A stretch of 64,000 bases of DNA. Origin: Carcharhinus amblyrhynchos (lineage: Eukaryota). The position numbers and the translations under genes were made by a program. How positions within the stretch are numbered: position 1 is the stretch's first letter; each line of letters starts with the position of its first letter. The notes under the pieces were generated by a model. The model did no database searches. It had not been told where the DNA came from and was given only the letters and a program-made list of their open reading frames with translations. The stretch lies in NCBI GenBank assembly GCA_965287045.1, contig OZ336870.1, positions 117,180,001 to 117,244,000 on the forward strand. The letters run 5' to 3'. Below, one piece after another: positions 49,156 through 62,154 of the stretch.

Positions 49156-50366
49156 CCACGTTCATATGTAAGTAACTGCAACTCAATGTTATCATCAGTA
49201 TTACGTCAAGTTCTATGGAAACAAAATAAAACTCTCAAAGTTACTAGTGCAAAGAAATAAAATTGTCATGAAAGCTTCTATAAGATTAAAACTGACCTGT
49301 GCAAGTAAAACTAAACAATCCTATCAAAATTTCTAACTGTAGTCTCAAAAATGGCATATAATGACTGGAAACAAAATTTTCTTTGAAATAAAATTTTCAA
49401 TTCAAAGTGTACCTAAAATCTAACCTATGTCTTTAAAATTCAGCAGATAAATGTGAAATTAATGGACCGGTGATAGTTTGGCTACAGACTTACGACTTGC
49501 ATAAATCTGTGTCAGACGATTTATCAGAAATGGTAAAGCTGAGGGAGCACCATTTCAGCAATGACCTTTACAAGTCGAGCATTTACCTTCAGTACATATT
49601 ATATACGGGCACAAACATGCCCTGAATGACCACAAGGTAAGCAAAACAGCAACAAAAGTTAATAATATGTAGCAATTTTATAATCGCTATCAGAGTATTG
49701 AACAATGTTTACTTGTGATAAACCTCTAGCAGAAAACCCTCAAGAGTTATTGAGTAGCCTTGATGCAAGACCATTCTGACTGATAACTTTTTGTTATGTC
49801 TTCAGCACAATTCAAACACTTGAGTGTTTTGACGCCATGGTGCAACCTTGAAGGACTGGTAACTTTAATCTCTGCTCTGTAAATAGATTCAGGCGGGAAA
49901 TTTCTCCAATGTGCTGTAAATTGTAAATGTGCTCTTTATAAACCGGCTTACAATTTTGTCATCCAGAGCACTCCTGAGAAATCTGTTCTTTAAATAATTT
50001 GCTTGGAAATAAACTTAGAAATGAGAAGAGAGATTTCCTGGATCTGTGCCCACGTTTACCAGATTACTTAAACTCAGTGAATAACAGAAAAATGAGTGAA
50101 GTCGGTGTGCCTGTCTGGAAAGAAAACACTAGACTTTGATTCCGTTTGATTGAAATCCTCTGTAATATCACCTTGAGCATCACTTTGAACTCCCTTTATT
50201 TTTTGCCTTTGCTACACAACACTTTTGAAGTCTGTGGACTAACAGGTATTCTCAACAATGTTGTGCTTTTTAAGCTTCAGGTTTCTATTTGACATTAATA
50301 TATGTAACCATAACATAATAAGATAAAACATTTAACTATAAAGAAATAACTAAATAAAATTGAGTT

Positions 50367-50661
50367 ATAGAATCTGACAGTGGGCCATACAGCCCACTGA
50401 GTCTACACTGACCATAAACCAACACAGGCCCTAGCCCCATAATCCCATGCATTTACCCGAGCTAGTCCCCCTGACACTAAGGGGCAATTTAGCATGATCA
50501 ATCCACCTAACCTGCACAACTTTAGACTATGGGATGAAACCAGAGCACCTGGAGGAAACCCATGCAGACATGGGGAGAATGTGCACACCCCACACAGACA
50601 AGCTGGGAAATGAACCCAGGTCCCTAGTGCTGAGGCAACAGTGCTAACCACTGTGCCATCA
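50367..50661 (-). mobile_element. HE1-type V-SINE
   Basis: gacactaaggggcaatttagcatg...ggaggaaacccatgcagacatggggagaatg...gaacccagg...gtgctaaccactgtgcc. Confidence 0.85.
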
Positions 50662-51224
50662 TGTGTTCCAGATTATGCAGAATTTTGGATGATTGTGGTT
50701 GTGATTACAACAAAACCTCAATATTTTATATAAACACATCACTGACCCACAGTATTAGAAATCCTTGAAGAAATATTTATTTATAAACTCCCAAAAATCT
50801 ATATGTGAATAGACTGAAAAGATATCCAATAACTCCTATTTATGGGACCAATCTTCATTCTCATATTTGTTCATCAGCCCTAAGAAACAGTAATGTAGCA
50901 GTTATGTTACTGGAACTGCTCTCATCACAACAAGTCATGAAATTCAATTTAATACATTTATCAGAATGTGACCATCAAAACTACTGGGTTATCACGAAAA
51001 CCAAATGGTTCACTCATATCCAATAGATAAGAGGTGACATCCGCTACCTAATTTGACCTACACTCCAGCCCTATGTGACAGTACTAACCCATAATGCTCT
51101 CAATGCAACTGGGATTGGGCATTAAATACTGCTGTGCCGATACAGCTCACATTTCAAAAACACTACATAAAAGAAATTCAACTTGTACAAGAATGCAAGC
51201 TACATCAGCTCCCAGATGGAGATA

Positions 51225-51463
51225 GGAGCTTATGTTTTTTTTACACAGAGGGTGGTGGGTGCCTGGAACTTGCTGCTAGGGGAGGTAGTGGAAGCAGATA
51301 CGATAGTGACTTAAGGGGCTTCTTGATAAATACATGAATAGGATGGGAATAGAGGGATATGGTCCCCATAAGAGTAGGGGATTTTAGTTCAGTCTGGCAG
51401 CATGGTCAGTGCAGGCTTGGAGGGCCGAAGGGCCTGTTTCTGTGTTGTAACTTTCTTTGTTCT
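51225..51463 (+). mobile_element. CR1 LINE 3' end
   Basis: FFTQRVVGAWN motif (ttttttacacagagggtggtgggtgcctggaac) and tail ggagggccgaagggcctgttt...ttctttgttct. Confidence 0.8.
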
Positions 51464-51744
51464 GATTTTTCGGCCAAAGGGCAGCAAACGCAGTAGCTGA
51501 TACTCTTCCTTGAAAGCTTCTAATGAAAAGAAAAGCTGGAGTAATAAAATCTGTAAAATATTTCTTTGCAATGAGAAATATTCAATTCACTGATAGTGAA
51601 GAAATGATTTGCTTTGAAGTGCGATCTTTTAATTTTTTCTCTTTGATAAGGAATTATTGATAATATCTTCCATATTCTGCAATATTAATTGAACTAAGAA
51701 TTATCTACCATAACAGCAGTATAATCCATTAGAAGTCTGATATG

Positions 51745-53310
51745 GCAATTCAATCTGTAATGAACATGAATGAACTAAGGTGGCAAAATTGGATAGCCCT
51801 GAAAATGGCCAGGAGGGATCATGATACTTGGCTAACTTGTATCTGTTCATTTCAATGCCAAAGTGAAAAAGGATGTTGTTGAGACACTGGATGGGCTTAA
51901 GCTTGATGGAACGACTGGCTGTACTTAAAGTTGATAACTCACCAGGATTTGATGCGATGCATTGAGCATACAGATCAAAGTGAGAGTAGAAATTGTGGAG
52001 GCACTGGCTATCATCTTCCAATGCAAAGTGTTATACCCTTATTCAAAATAGGATGCAAAGATAAACCAACTATAGGCCAGTCAATTTAACCTTGGTGCTC
52101 TTAGAAACAATAATTTGGATACAACCAAGTCACTTGGACAAATGCAAATTAACTGCAGGGAGCCAAAATGGATTTTCTAAAGGCAAATTGAATTGATGAG
52201 GTAACAGAGTTGGGTGGATAAGTGTAACACAGTTGATGTGGTGTATGTAGAAGTCCAAAAGGTGTTTGGCAAAGTGCATCTTTTAGGGGAGGCAATGGCA
52301 TTGTCACTGGATCAGTTATCTGATGATTGAGAGCAATGCTCTGGACACCCAGGTTCAAATCCCACCATGGCAAATGGTGAAATTTGAATTCAATAACAAA
52401 TAATCTGGAATTAAAAGTCTAATGATAAACATGAAATTATTGCCAACTGTCATAGAAACCCATCTGGTTCTCTAATGCCCTCTACGGTTTCCCTGTGGTG
52501 GACATGGCAAGACATTGGCTGCGAGTGGGGTCTTCCACTATGCTTTTGCATGGCTCACCACCATGTTGTCAGGCAACCTGCCGTGAGTGGTCAATTTCAG
52601 CAGGACTGGAAGATCACAACAGTGGGAGGGGCTAGCAATTCCTACCAATAGAGTAGTGCTTAATAGTTCAGGCTGGAGGAAGGTATAATTCCCCAAAGAT
52701 TGCTATTAAGATCACTTTGGCTTGGGGGTGCAGGGAACAATTTCAGAATTTGCATTCTACCTTGGAAGTATTTTAAACTGAAGAACAAATTGGTAGATTT
52801 CAAAAAGCATAGATGGACTGGGTGGACATACGAAAGGTGGAACTTAATGCAGGACAAGTGTGAAGTGATACACTTAGGTAGGAAGAATGAGGAGCAGCCA
52901 CATAACATAAAGAGCACAATTCTGAAAGTGGTGCAAGATCCTGAGGGTGGATGTACACAAATCATTAAAGGTGGCAGGGCAGGTTGTGGTTAATAAAGCA
53001 TATGGGATCTTGGGCTTTAGGCAAAGAATATAAAAGCAAGGAATTTAATGGTGAACGTTGATAAGACAATGGAGGGTTGATCTAATTCTGGGCAGCACAC
53101 TTTAGGAAGGAATTAGAGAAAGTGTGAAAATGACTTACAGGAATGGCTCTAAGGAGCAGACAGTTCAATTAGCAGAGAAGCTGTGACTGTTCTCCTTACA
53201 GATAAGAAGGTTGAGTGGAGATTGGACAGGGGTGTTCAAGATCATGAGGGGGTCCTCGGTCTTAGGGTCAAGAACCAGAGAACACTAATTTAAGGTGATT
53301 GGCACAAAAA
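51745..53310 (+). mobile_element. Decayed CR1 ORF2 with internal deletions and insertions
   Basis: KVD.SPG.D, PLFK.G.KD..NYRPVNLT, VDVVY..., DKCEVIHLGRKN, KAYGILGF, RRLSGD...VFKIMRG. Confidence 0.75.
52288..52487 (+). mobile_element. tRNA-derived SINE 5' part (same family as 39690-40112)
   Basis: ggcattgtcactgga...ggttcaaatcccaccatggca...tttgaattcaata...tctggaattaaaagtctaatga...aacccatctggttc. Confidence 0.75.
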
Positions 53311-53524
53311 CATTGAAAATGATGCTTTTTTTTCTGCATTTCCAAGAAGGTGCTGTAATAGTTAGCAGCAGAGGGAGAATAAGGCATGGGGCTTTGGGAG
53401 AATGAAAACTTAGCTACATTCACTGATATTACAATTGGATGAAATGATTATGGACAGCATGTCACAAAAGAAAGTCTGCGGGTTTCCTCCACCATCCCTT
53501 CCCTTCTCAGCTGATTGCTATTTA

Positions 53525-53730
53525 TCTGTCAGAAAGGCTGCGACCTCATGACAATGAGATTGTGCAGGGTGCAGCAGAACATGCCAAATCCTGACATGTA
53601 CACTGGTGATAGTGCAAGGCTCCTTCAGAGAGGCAGAGAGGCAGTAGAAATGTTGCTTAAGCATGTCAATGGTCTCTTTGATACCATTTCTTATAGCAGC
53701 ATGGCTTTCATTACCTGCATGCTGTCCACA
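53525..53730 (-). mobile_element. PIF/Harbinger transposase C-terminal remnant (HARBI1-like DDE domain)
   Basis: ORF 53518-53757 NESHAAIRNGIKETIDMLKQHFYCL matches N..H...R..IE...G.LK.RF.CL. Another frame gives CCTLHNL (ttgtgcagggtgcagcag). Confidence 0.75.
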
Positions 53731-54604
53731 TGTACATGGATCATACATGGAAGTCACAAGTCAAGTCATTAGCTCATAGCCCTTAATATGCCCTAGCCAC
53801 TGTCTGGCATCTCATGGTGGCTCACATGTTTATGGTGCATTGGATTAGTGCTGAATGAAGGCAGCATGACTGTACACAGGTAGCAGGCATTGGCAATTAT
53901 GGTTACACACTGGATAGGCACTGAAGGAGTGGAATCATTTGCATTTACCATATATTTCAGAATTCACATTCAGCACCTGCAAAGCAATGTGTGTGCAGTC
54001 AATGGCAGCCTGGACCATGGGGCACTCCCTGTCCTGGCAAAACTACATGCATGTTCCACCTGTTTCACTATGATAAGAGAGAATGCTATGTTTTGCCCTC
54101 TCTTCATATACATAATGTCAATCACTTGCCTTATCCAACACCAGACAGCAAACTACAAGCTGTTGGTAATGTTACCTGCTCCAGTCTTGAAGAAGGGTGA
54201 CACTAAGGAGTTCAAGGCTTTGTGGCCACTGGCAATGAAGTCCAGGCCCTCTTCTGAAGCTGCATGTCTACCTACAAATGTTGGTAAATTTCAGCAAATG
54301 CATCCTCAGTGAAATGAAGACATTGCATTAACTGCTTTTGATTTAGGTTGAGGTGAATGAATTGGCCCCTGAAGATCCTAGGTGGAACATGATTCCTGCT
54401 CTCCTCTTCTCTTTTTCCTCTTCCATTTTTGATCAGTTTGTCCTCCCCTTTGCTCATTGTCCCCGCTCTGCTGCAGGCCAAAACGGATAGTAACTATAGT
54501 ATTATAGTAGTAACTGTAGACTGGGAGCAAGTGATTGGAGCAGAAACCTTGAAGTTGGAACCATAGCTTCCATTTTATGGCATACACATTTTCAACTGGA
54601 CAAA

Positions 54605-54706
54605 AAGGGATTGGTTTAGATTAGTGGGTCATTGTTTTTTTTTAACTGGTCGGCGCAACATCGTGGGTCGAAGGGCCTGTTCTGCGCTGTAATGTTCTAT
54701 GTTCTA
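54605..54706 (+). mobile_element. CR1-type 3' tail
   Basis: ggtcggcgcaacatcgtgggtcgaagggcctgttctgcgctgtaatgttctatgttcta. Confidence 0.75.
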
Positions 54707-56039
54707 ACTGTGCGAGGTTAAGAGAGAACATTAATTAGGATAAGGTTACTGAAAATCAATCGACTGACGTCACAATCTCCTGACTCAGAGTTTCCAACAT
54801 ATACTCCAATGTCTGAGCTATAAACTACTAAAACTGACATTTGCCGCTGCTCAGATCCCAAGCGTATGCATGTTGCGTCAACACCAGTTTAGACCTGCTA
54901 GGGTACTGGGTGCTACACAGCCAAATTCTGTGGCCAAAGTATCTGAATTAAACTTCCAGACCTGACAAGATAACTTTTTGATTAATGAGCGTGTCTGCAT
55001 TTCGGTCATATTTCGTACGAGTCAGTCCAGGCTATGATACTCTGACTCTCCACAGCCCTGCATGGAAAGCTGAAAGGAGAGAAAATGATGAAATAAAAAA
55101 CAAATTAATGAGATTGATCCACAGTCTCTGAGACTGTGTGATGCCATGTGAGAGCTGCATGTTGATAGATGCTGCATTGGATCACCCAAAGCTTGGTGGG
55201 ATGGGGTGGGATGAGGGATATCTACTACTAGACAATAGTACAGACACAATGGGTGGCAATGCATGCAACCATATAACATATTTCTATCAAAAAGGCTTTG
55301 CAATAGGTTTCTTGCGACTGTTTATTTACAAGCCAATCATCTTTCGCTGCCCAGAATAAATAAGTGTGGGAAAAGTGCTTGATGATCCAAGCAATTCCAC
55401 ACATTACTGCAAAGAGTAAAGGTCCACAATGGCAGACAGAAAACACAAACCACAGATGTGTAAAGTAAGCTTCTTAACTCCTACTCTATTGGGTGGAATT
55501 ATTTTAATCAAAAATGATTACCGCAACTGCTCACACGGATGGATCAAATTATATGATACATTGGTGTGGGAGTGTTTTTCTCTTGAGGTTTCTGCCACTA
55601 ACCCTCAGGTAAATCTGAATCGCTGCAATGAAAACAGCTCTGCACAGTGCTATAACATGCAACAATAAGGAACAGAATCCCTTAATGCCCCTACTTATAG
55701 GGGAAAAACAGCCTTTTGTCGTGCAGTAAAATATGCAAACTGGAAATTGGGAGAATTATTCATCATTGCAGGGGTTTAGACTGACATCCTGTCGGAATAT
55801 CAGTGATCACCTCAGTGCAAGTGTCACAATGGCTGCCAGAGTTATCACCCTGTCTTCACCTGCACCTTTAAACTATCTTTGGCAGAAGGCCACATCATGG
55901 ATAGTTCCACAGAAAGATAATCTTGACAACAGAATTGCCACTGTCCTTTTCTGACACAGTCTCAGGCCTCCTTATTAATCCCATTTGAAAATATTGATAT
56001 TCTTTGCCTCTTTGGTGTCAAATAGTTCTAAATCACAGT

Positions 56040-56460
56040 GCCAGCTGTGGCTCAGCTGGTAACACCATTGCTCCAGAGCCAATAGATTGTAGGTTCAAGC
56101 CTCAAAACACAGATTTAAGAACATGATCTCCAGTGCAGTACTAGGGGAGTGCTGCTTGCTGGAGGTGGCGTCTTTTGGATGAAATGCCAACTCACAGCCC
56201 CATCTGCCTTCTTTGAATGGCGTAAAAGATCCCATGGCATCTTTCAAAGGAGGGGTGTAGAACTCCCCCATCGCCCTGGACAATATTTATCCCTCAACCA
56301 ACATCACTAAAACCAATTATCTGGGCTTTAGTTCATTGCTATTATTGTCCTTTTGTGTGTGAAAATTGGCTGCCATGTTCCCTGCATTAAGACAGTGACT
56401 AGACTTGGCTACAAAGTGCTCTCGCACATTCTGAGGGCATGAAAGGCCAAATATAAAATG
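56040..56460 (+). mobile_element. Near full-length Deu-domain SINE (SacSINE1/AmnSINE1-like)
   Basis: tRNA head (tggctcagctggta; ggttcaagc), Deu core gtaaaagatcccatggca...caatatttatccctcaaccaacatcactaaa...attggctgcc, and tail gaaaggccaaatataaa. Confidence 0.85.
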
Positions 56461-59046
56461 TTTCAGTCAATGAAGAAACTTTTATCTCTAATGGCTCTCA
56501 GGAAGTGCCTATCTTTATTATTAGGTTATTTTTGTGTAGCTGACGTAAGGAAATCAGGAGGACTTTCAGGATGAAGTACTTCCCTCTCCAGTATAAGAGC
56601 AACAAAAGAGATCAAAATCTGCTTTGAAAGAGATAGCAAAGTTCTCATTTTCATTTGTTTTCGGTTGAAGATCTGCTATTTTCAGTCTTCCTATGGGTCA
56701 GTGTGCATGCTGATGATATTTGGCACGGACATGATAGAGAATAGTCCAAAGAAACCAGAAATCACTGTTATGTACTGACTCAGATGCTGATCTCGAGGTA
56801 TATGGAAAGGAAGAATCAGCTACAACAGACAACACAACAATAGCCAACTATTTAATCATTACTAAGATAAATGCTGCAGTCACAGGATCTGTAAGACCTC
56901 TTATGAGGTTGGACATTCAAAAAGTAATGGAGACTGTCAGCCTTTAAAAACAATGGTCGGGACTTGGATTCACGAGTCCCACTCTTATTGACGACGGACT
57001 CTATTTTCACCAATAGGGGAAAAGGAATGGGTTATGATTCAGGTGACAGAAACTGTCTCCATGGCCTGAATTTTCATCACCAAGGTGGGTAACTCAGCCC
57101 TCGTACCTGGGGAGAAAGTATCCACAGAGGCAGGATCTTTTTTTCAAGGGGCATGAGTGGGGCTGGCTGCAGTTGGCCAGCTGACCCAGGAACAAGATCT
57201 TCCAAGTTCCTAAGGGTGGTTTTGGGATCTTTCACATACCTCAGGGATTTTTTGGGGGGATTTCCCATCTCCTCGGGAGGGGGTTGGGGGGGGGGGTTGG
57301 AGTCTTGTGCACTCCTCAGGGGGTTTTCTGATCGTCCACACTCCTCAGGGATATTTTGGGGTCTTCCACATTCTTAGGGAAGTTTGGGGTCTTTCAAACT
57401 TCTCAGGGAGGTTTGGAGGTTTATCCATCTTCTCGGGGGGGGTGCGGTTTGGGGGTCTTCCACCCTCCAGGAGGTCTCTTTGTTTTCATCCTACTTGGCC
57501 AGAATGCAAGTTGCATATTCTGGCTGTTTTGCAGTTCTCCACTGTCTTAACAGAGCTGCAGATTTCTTTTTTTTAATCCAGCCAGAAAAAAGAATTAGAA
57601 ATGGTATAAAATAAGTGCAACCTATAACATTACCTATCCCCATGGCCCCTCGTACCTCTAGGTCAAGCAATGCTCCCTATACATCTCCCATGGCTCCTCT
57701 AGCCATTTATGTCAAGCTACAATCGCATCTCATCCCATGGGCCTTCTTGGCCTTAAGTTGAGCTTTGCACACCACCCACCCCACTATTGTCTCTCATTTC
57801 TCATATGCTCAGCTGTGTCCTTCCAGTCCCCCATACCCCTCATGTTTCAATGCCATACAATGGCACTTCCATACCCATTATACACTGTACAGAGCCAATG
57901 AATCTTATCAAAATGGGGTATATTTTAAAAAGCAATTCATTTATTCATTTACATTTTGTTTAAAAAAATGTCCTTTCAAATCAGTCCAATAAAACAGTCA
58001 ATCATCCAGATACTTTAAAGTATTGATAGCAAAAACTGCAAGTACTTGAAATCTCTTAACATTGTGTAAATGACCATGAAATTGTTAGAGAGCCAGAACT
58101 ATCAATCAGGGAATGCTTACCTGAGGCTCAAACATTTTTGTACTTAAATGAATGTCTGGTTATCATGTCAAGAATATATAATGAGGTTTGAGAGCACAAA
58201 TAGGTTGATTAGTTGCTTTTGATGCAGGGTTTTATATATACAAGTCTTTTTTTTTGAACAGGATTATGTACTTGTGGGGCTTTTAAAGTTTTGAATGGGC
58301 TTTCATGAGCAGGAGATCTTCTTCTGCTATTTTAAATAGATAATTAACCTTTTATTTTACTTCAGCCAGCTCCTGAAGCCTGCCCTTAGTGTATTCTGGT
58401 GATTTGGCATGGGGAGTGCAAGGGAAAGATGGTGGGTAGAGGGGGAATGCTTTGGCATGGGCGCCAAGGTGGTGGCCGGTGTCATAACTTGGAATGGATG
58501 GGGAATGGGTAGGATGGTGAATAGATGCGAGAGATGAAGATTAAAGGACCTAATATTTTAATAAGCCAGCTGGGATGTCGTCCCAGACAACTGAGGTGGG
58601 CCTTTCAAACCATCCAGATTGGTGCTCAGTACGCCCTCCATTCTGCATCTGGAAGTAGCGGACCTGACTTCATCCCATACCTCCCTTCCACTCAAGTGAA
58701 GCCTGGTACTGAGCTTAACGTTGCATGGGCAAAGTTAAATTTTCACTGATTGGGGCTTTAATCTCCTTAAATACATCTGTTATTGTTAGCGGGTGTGCTG
58801 CTGATCGGTACCTGTGCCCGCCGACTGAGATATATCCAAAAGAAGCGCTGATTCAGCTGTTCTTCAGATAGATAAGCATGTCCTGCCTTCCCCTATTGAC
58901 AGTAGCTCAATCTCAAACACATAACACTCAGCCATTCCATGAGCCTAGTGCCTTTCAAATAAAGTTTGACACTTGGACATCTCTGAACAGGCAATGAGCC
59001 TCAGACCAATACTGGATATTTGTGGCTTGAACGCAGTAAGTTATTT

Positions 59047-59368
59047 CATAGAATTCCTACAGTGCAGAAGGAGGCCATTTGGTCCATCGAGTCTGCACCT
59101 ACAACAATCCCACCCAGGTACTATCTCCATAACCCCACATATTTACCTTGTTAAGCCCCCTGACACTAGGGTCAATTTAACATGGCCAATCAACCTAACC
59201 CAAACATCTTTGGACTGTGTGAGGAAATCGGAGCACCCGGGAGGAAACCCACACAGGCATGGAGAGAATGTGTAAACTCCACACAGACAGTGATCCAAGA
59301 CCAGAATTGAACCCGGGTCCCTGGAGTTGTGAGGCAGCAGTGCTAACTACTGTGCCACCATGCCACCC
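59047..59368 (-). mobile_element. HE1-type V-SINE with CR1-type tail, full length
   Basis: catagaattcctacagtgcagaaggaggccatt...tttggactgtgtgaggaaatcggagcacccgg...ctccacacagacagtga...attgaacccggg...tgctaactactgtgccaccatgcc. Confidence 0.9.
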
Positions 59369-60642
59369 TCAAATTATGGTCATAAAATCAGTATGAAACA
59401 CATGAAAGCAAATCGATCCAGATCATGAAGATAGCTCTTCAAATGAAAAGAGAGCAATGACACCCTATGCATATCCCCTGTTTATGTCTTGATCTTATGT
59501 TTGCAGGTGTTACATCTAGTTGCCCCCTTCTCCTTGCTGACAGCAGCATTGGAGGTAGGTTGCTGATCTCATTGCCCTGTTCGCAGAGATAGTCCTCTGG
59601 CGGGCGGGCCTGAGCAGACACATGGAAGTATTCAGTCAACACCATTGCTAAGCAACTGTCAGTCACCACAGACTCAGAGAATGTAGCAGCAATTGGATTA
59701 ATGGCTTCTTGGCTGGCTCTGGCAAATGGCTCAACTGAGGGATGGAAACAAAGGGTGAGATTCATGACTCATATCACACAGATTAAAATCTCAGCATATG
59801 ATCAGCCATCGAAACTGACCTCAGTTGCACTGAGGTTTTTCAGTGACTGGCACATAAATGAGGCTGTTCTGATGGACAAAACCCTCATTCATCACTTGCA
59901 GCCTAGATCTGTCATGCTTCAGTCCAATGGGGCTCTTAGTTTCCTCAGAGACGCCAGCCTCTCTGCAACCTGATCATCTGCTACCTCATTTGTCCTTGAG
60001 CTTCAGGGCCCCAAGCTCATGGCTGGTGAGAAATGTCAGGTTTGACACCCCCAACCCTGCACCCCCACCAGTGTCAGATCACACCTGCTGGTCGCTGCAG
60101 ATCCCCTCCCACTTACTATGGCCTCTGCTGTTGCCATTCCACTGCCATGGATTTATCACTGGCGTGTGGACATTGTGGTGTTATTTCTCTTGTTTTTTTA
60201 AAAATAAGCTATTCATAGCATGTTAGCAAAACAAAAGGTGCACACAATTTTTGCAGAGCAGGGATCTTCACTGCCTGAGTGATTGCTGGTCTGTTTTAGA
60301 ATCTTTTCTTCAGGCTTTTATTCCTTTAATTCCATTGATTACAATAAAGTGATGCAATTTTCCAGGAAACAAGAAATCTTCCCCAGGATGGAATTTTCCA
60401 GCCCGGTCATGGCGTTTTCCCATGTGGGGAGGTGGCCCTCCAATGGCCGGTGGTGGGATCCTCTGTTCCTGCGACGTCTATGGGGTGTTGCATGTTCCGC
60501 ACCACTAGGGAATGCATCGCAGGGATTATCATTGGCAGGACCGGAAGATCCTGGCGATCGGAAGGTTGGGACATCTTGGCAACCTAACTTGTTAAATGCA
60601 ACCACAAAATAAAACAATGAGCCAATTAGGGCAGCATCTCAC

Positions 60643-61020
60643 AGAATCATAGAAACCCTACAAAGAGGCCATTCAGCCCATCAAGTCTGCAGTGACAAGA
60701 ATTCCACCGAGGTCTTATCCCCATATCCACATACAGTTACCTGCTCACCCCTCTAACCTATGCATCCCAGGACGCAATTTAGCATGGCCAATGCACCTAA
60801 CCCGCACATACTTGGACTATGGGAGGAAGTCGGAACACTTGGGTGAAATCCATGCAGACATGGGGAGAATGAGGAAACCCACGCAGACACGTGGACAACG
60901 AGAAAACCCACATAGACACGGGGTGAACATGCAAACTCCACACAGACAGTGATCCTAGGTAGGAATGGAACCCAGGTCCCTGGAGCTGTGAGACAGCAGT
61001 ACTAACCACTGTGCCGCCCC
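60643..61020 (-). mobile_element. HE1-type V-SINE with an internally triplicated core segment
   Basis: Standard head and tail, plus three tandem ~30-bp units gaaa(c/t)cca(c/t)(g/a)(c/t)agaca(c/t)g at 60845-60928. Confidence 0.85.
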
Positions 61021-62154
61021 TACAATAATGATAACCCTGGTAACACTTTTCCACAGTTAAAGATCTATTTGGCTGATATCAATGACAAAAATATTTTGCT
61101 GAGCTAATTGAGCAGAAATATTGCAAAAGTTGAAGTTCGGAGGGAAATTCATTTCCACAGGCAATGGATGGATGGATGGATGGATGACAGGTCAGTGTAA
61201 ACCAAAGCACACATGTCAGCCACAATATATCCACTGAACCTCTGTCACATAACTCGCACGTCCCTTTCCACATCTGAAATAACAAATTCCATTACAGTTA
61301 ACCCATTTCTTAGGTTAATATGTTCCCTCTGGGTTGTGTGCTGCCTATACATTCTGAACTTCCAGATGGTCCTTTTTCCCAGCTTCTGTGCACCAAAAGG
61401 CACCTGGCACTAAACGTTACACCCTTGTTTGCTCTACGCACTTCCCTCCATACTGTACATTATTCAAACACTTGTATTCAGCTTACTAACACCAGAACTA
61501 ACTTGGAGATCAATATCAACACTTCTTGATTCCACTGCTCCAGATATAATTCTATACAAGCTTCTCAAGATTTGTCTTTAACAAGATCTTAAACAGCAAA
61601 AAAAAATAACTATTTTCTATTTGCTAATTTCCTGGAATCCAATTTCAATTAAATAATCCTCAGTATAACTTTGTAGTTTGTTAGTAATTCCTATTAGTAA
61701 TCACCCATTATTTACTACACCGACCCATTATTAAAATTATGAAAATACGTACCCAAATGTCCTGCAGCCTTGATGATAGTCATCACTCGACTCTACTCCT
61801 TTGCTGATTTCAGTTAGTTTGTATAATTTATTACTGTTGATTGTATTTTAATTTTATTTCTCCAAACAATAATTCAAACCACATCTCCTGGAAAGGTATC
61901 CTTTAATCGATTGTTGCTTATTCATTGCTTTCTTTTGAGTATTGTTGTCTCTGTTGGCACAGAGTTATAGTGAAAGATGATTATTTCACCATTAGCAGCT
62001 TAGACTAACCAGATGTCAAAAGCTGCCCCATTTTTCAGCCAAATGTGCAATTTTTAGGTATGGACAGGTAACACTCCCACCCGACAGACAGGAGGGAGAC
62101 TGCTTCAAAAGCTAATTTGGATCACATCATTTCCTCCGTGTACTTTTCAGGTAC

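Noticed and set aside
58110-58130. Minus-strand donor-like CAG|gtaagc as the end of an upstream NDST non-coding exon
   Set aside because: An isolated consensus match with no identifiable acceptor, promoter or CpG island. Such matches occur by chance in 64 kb.
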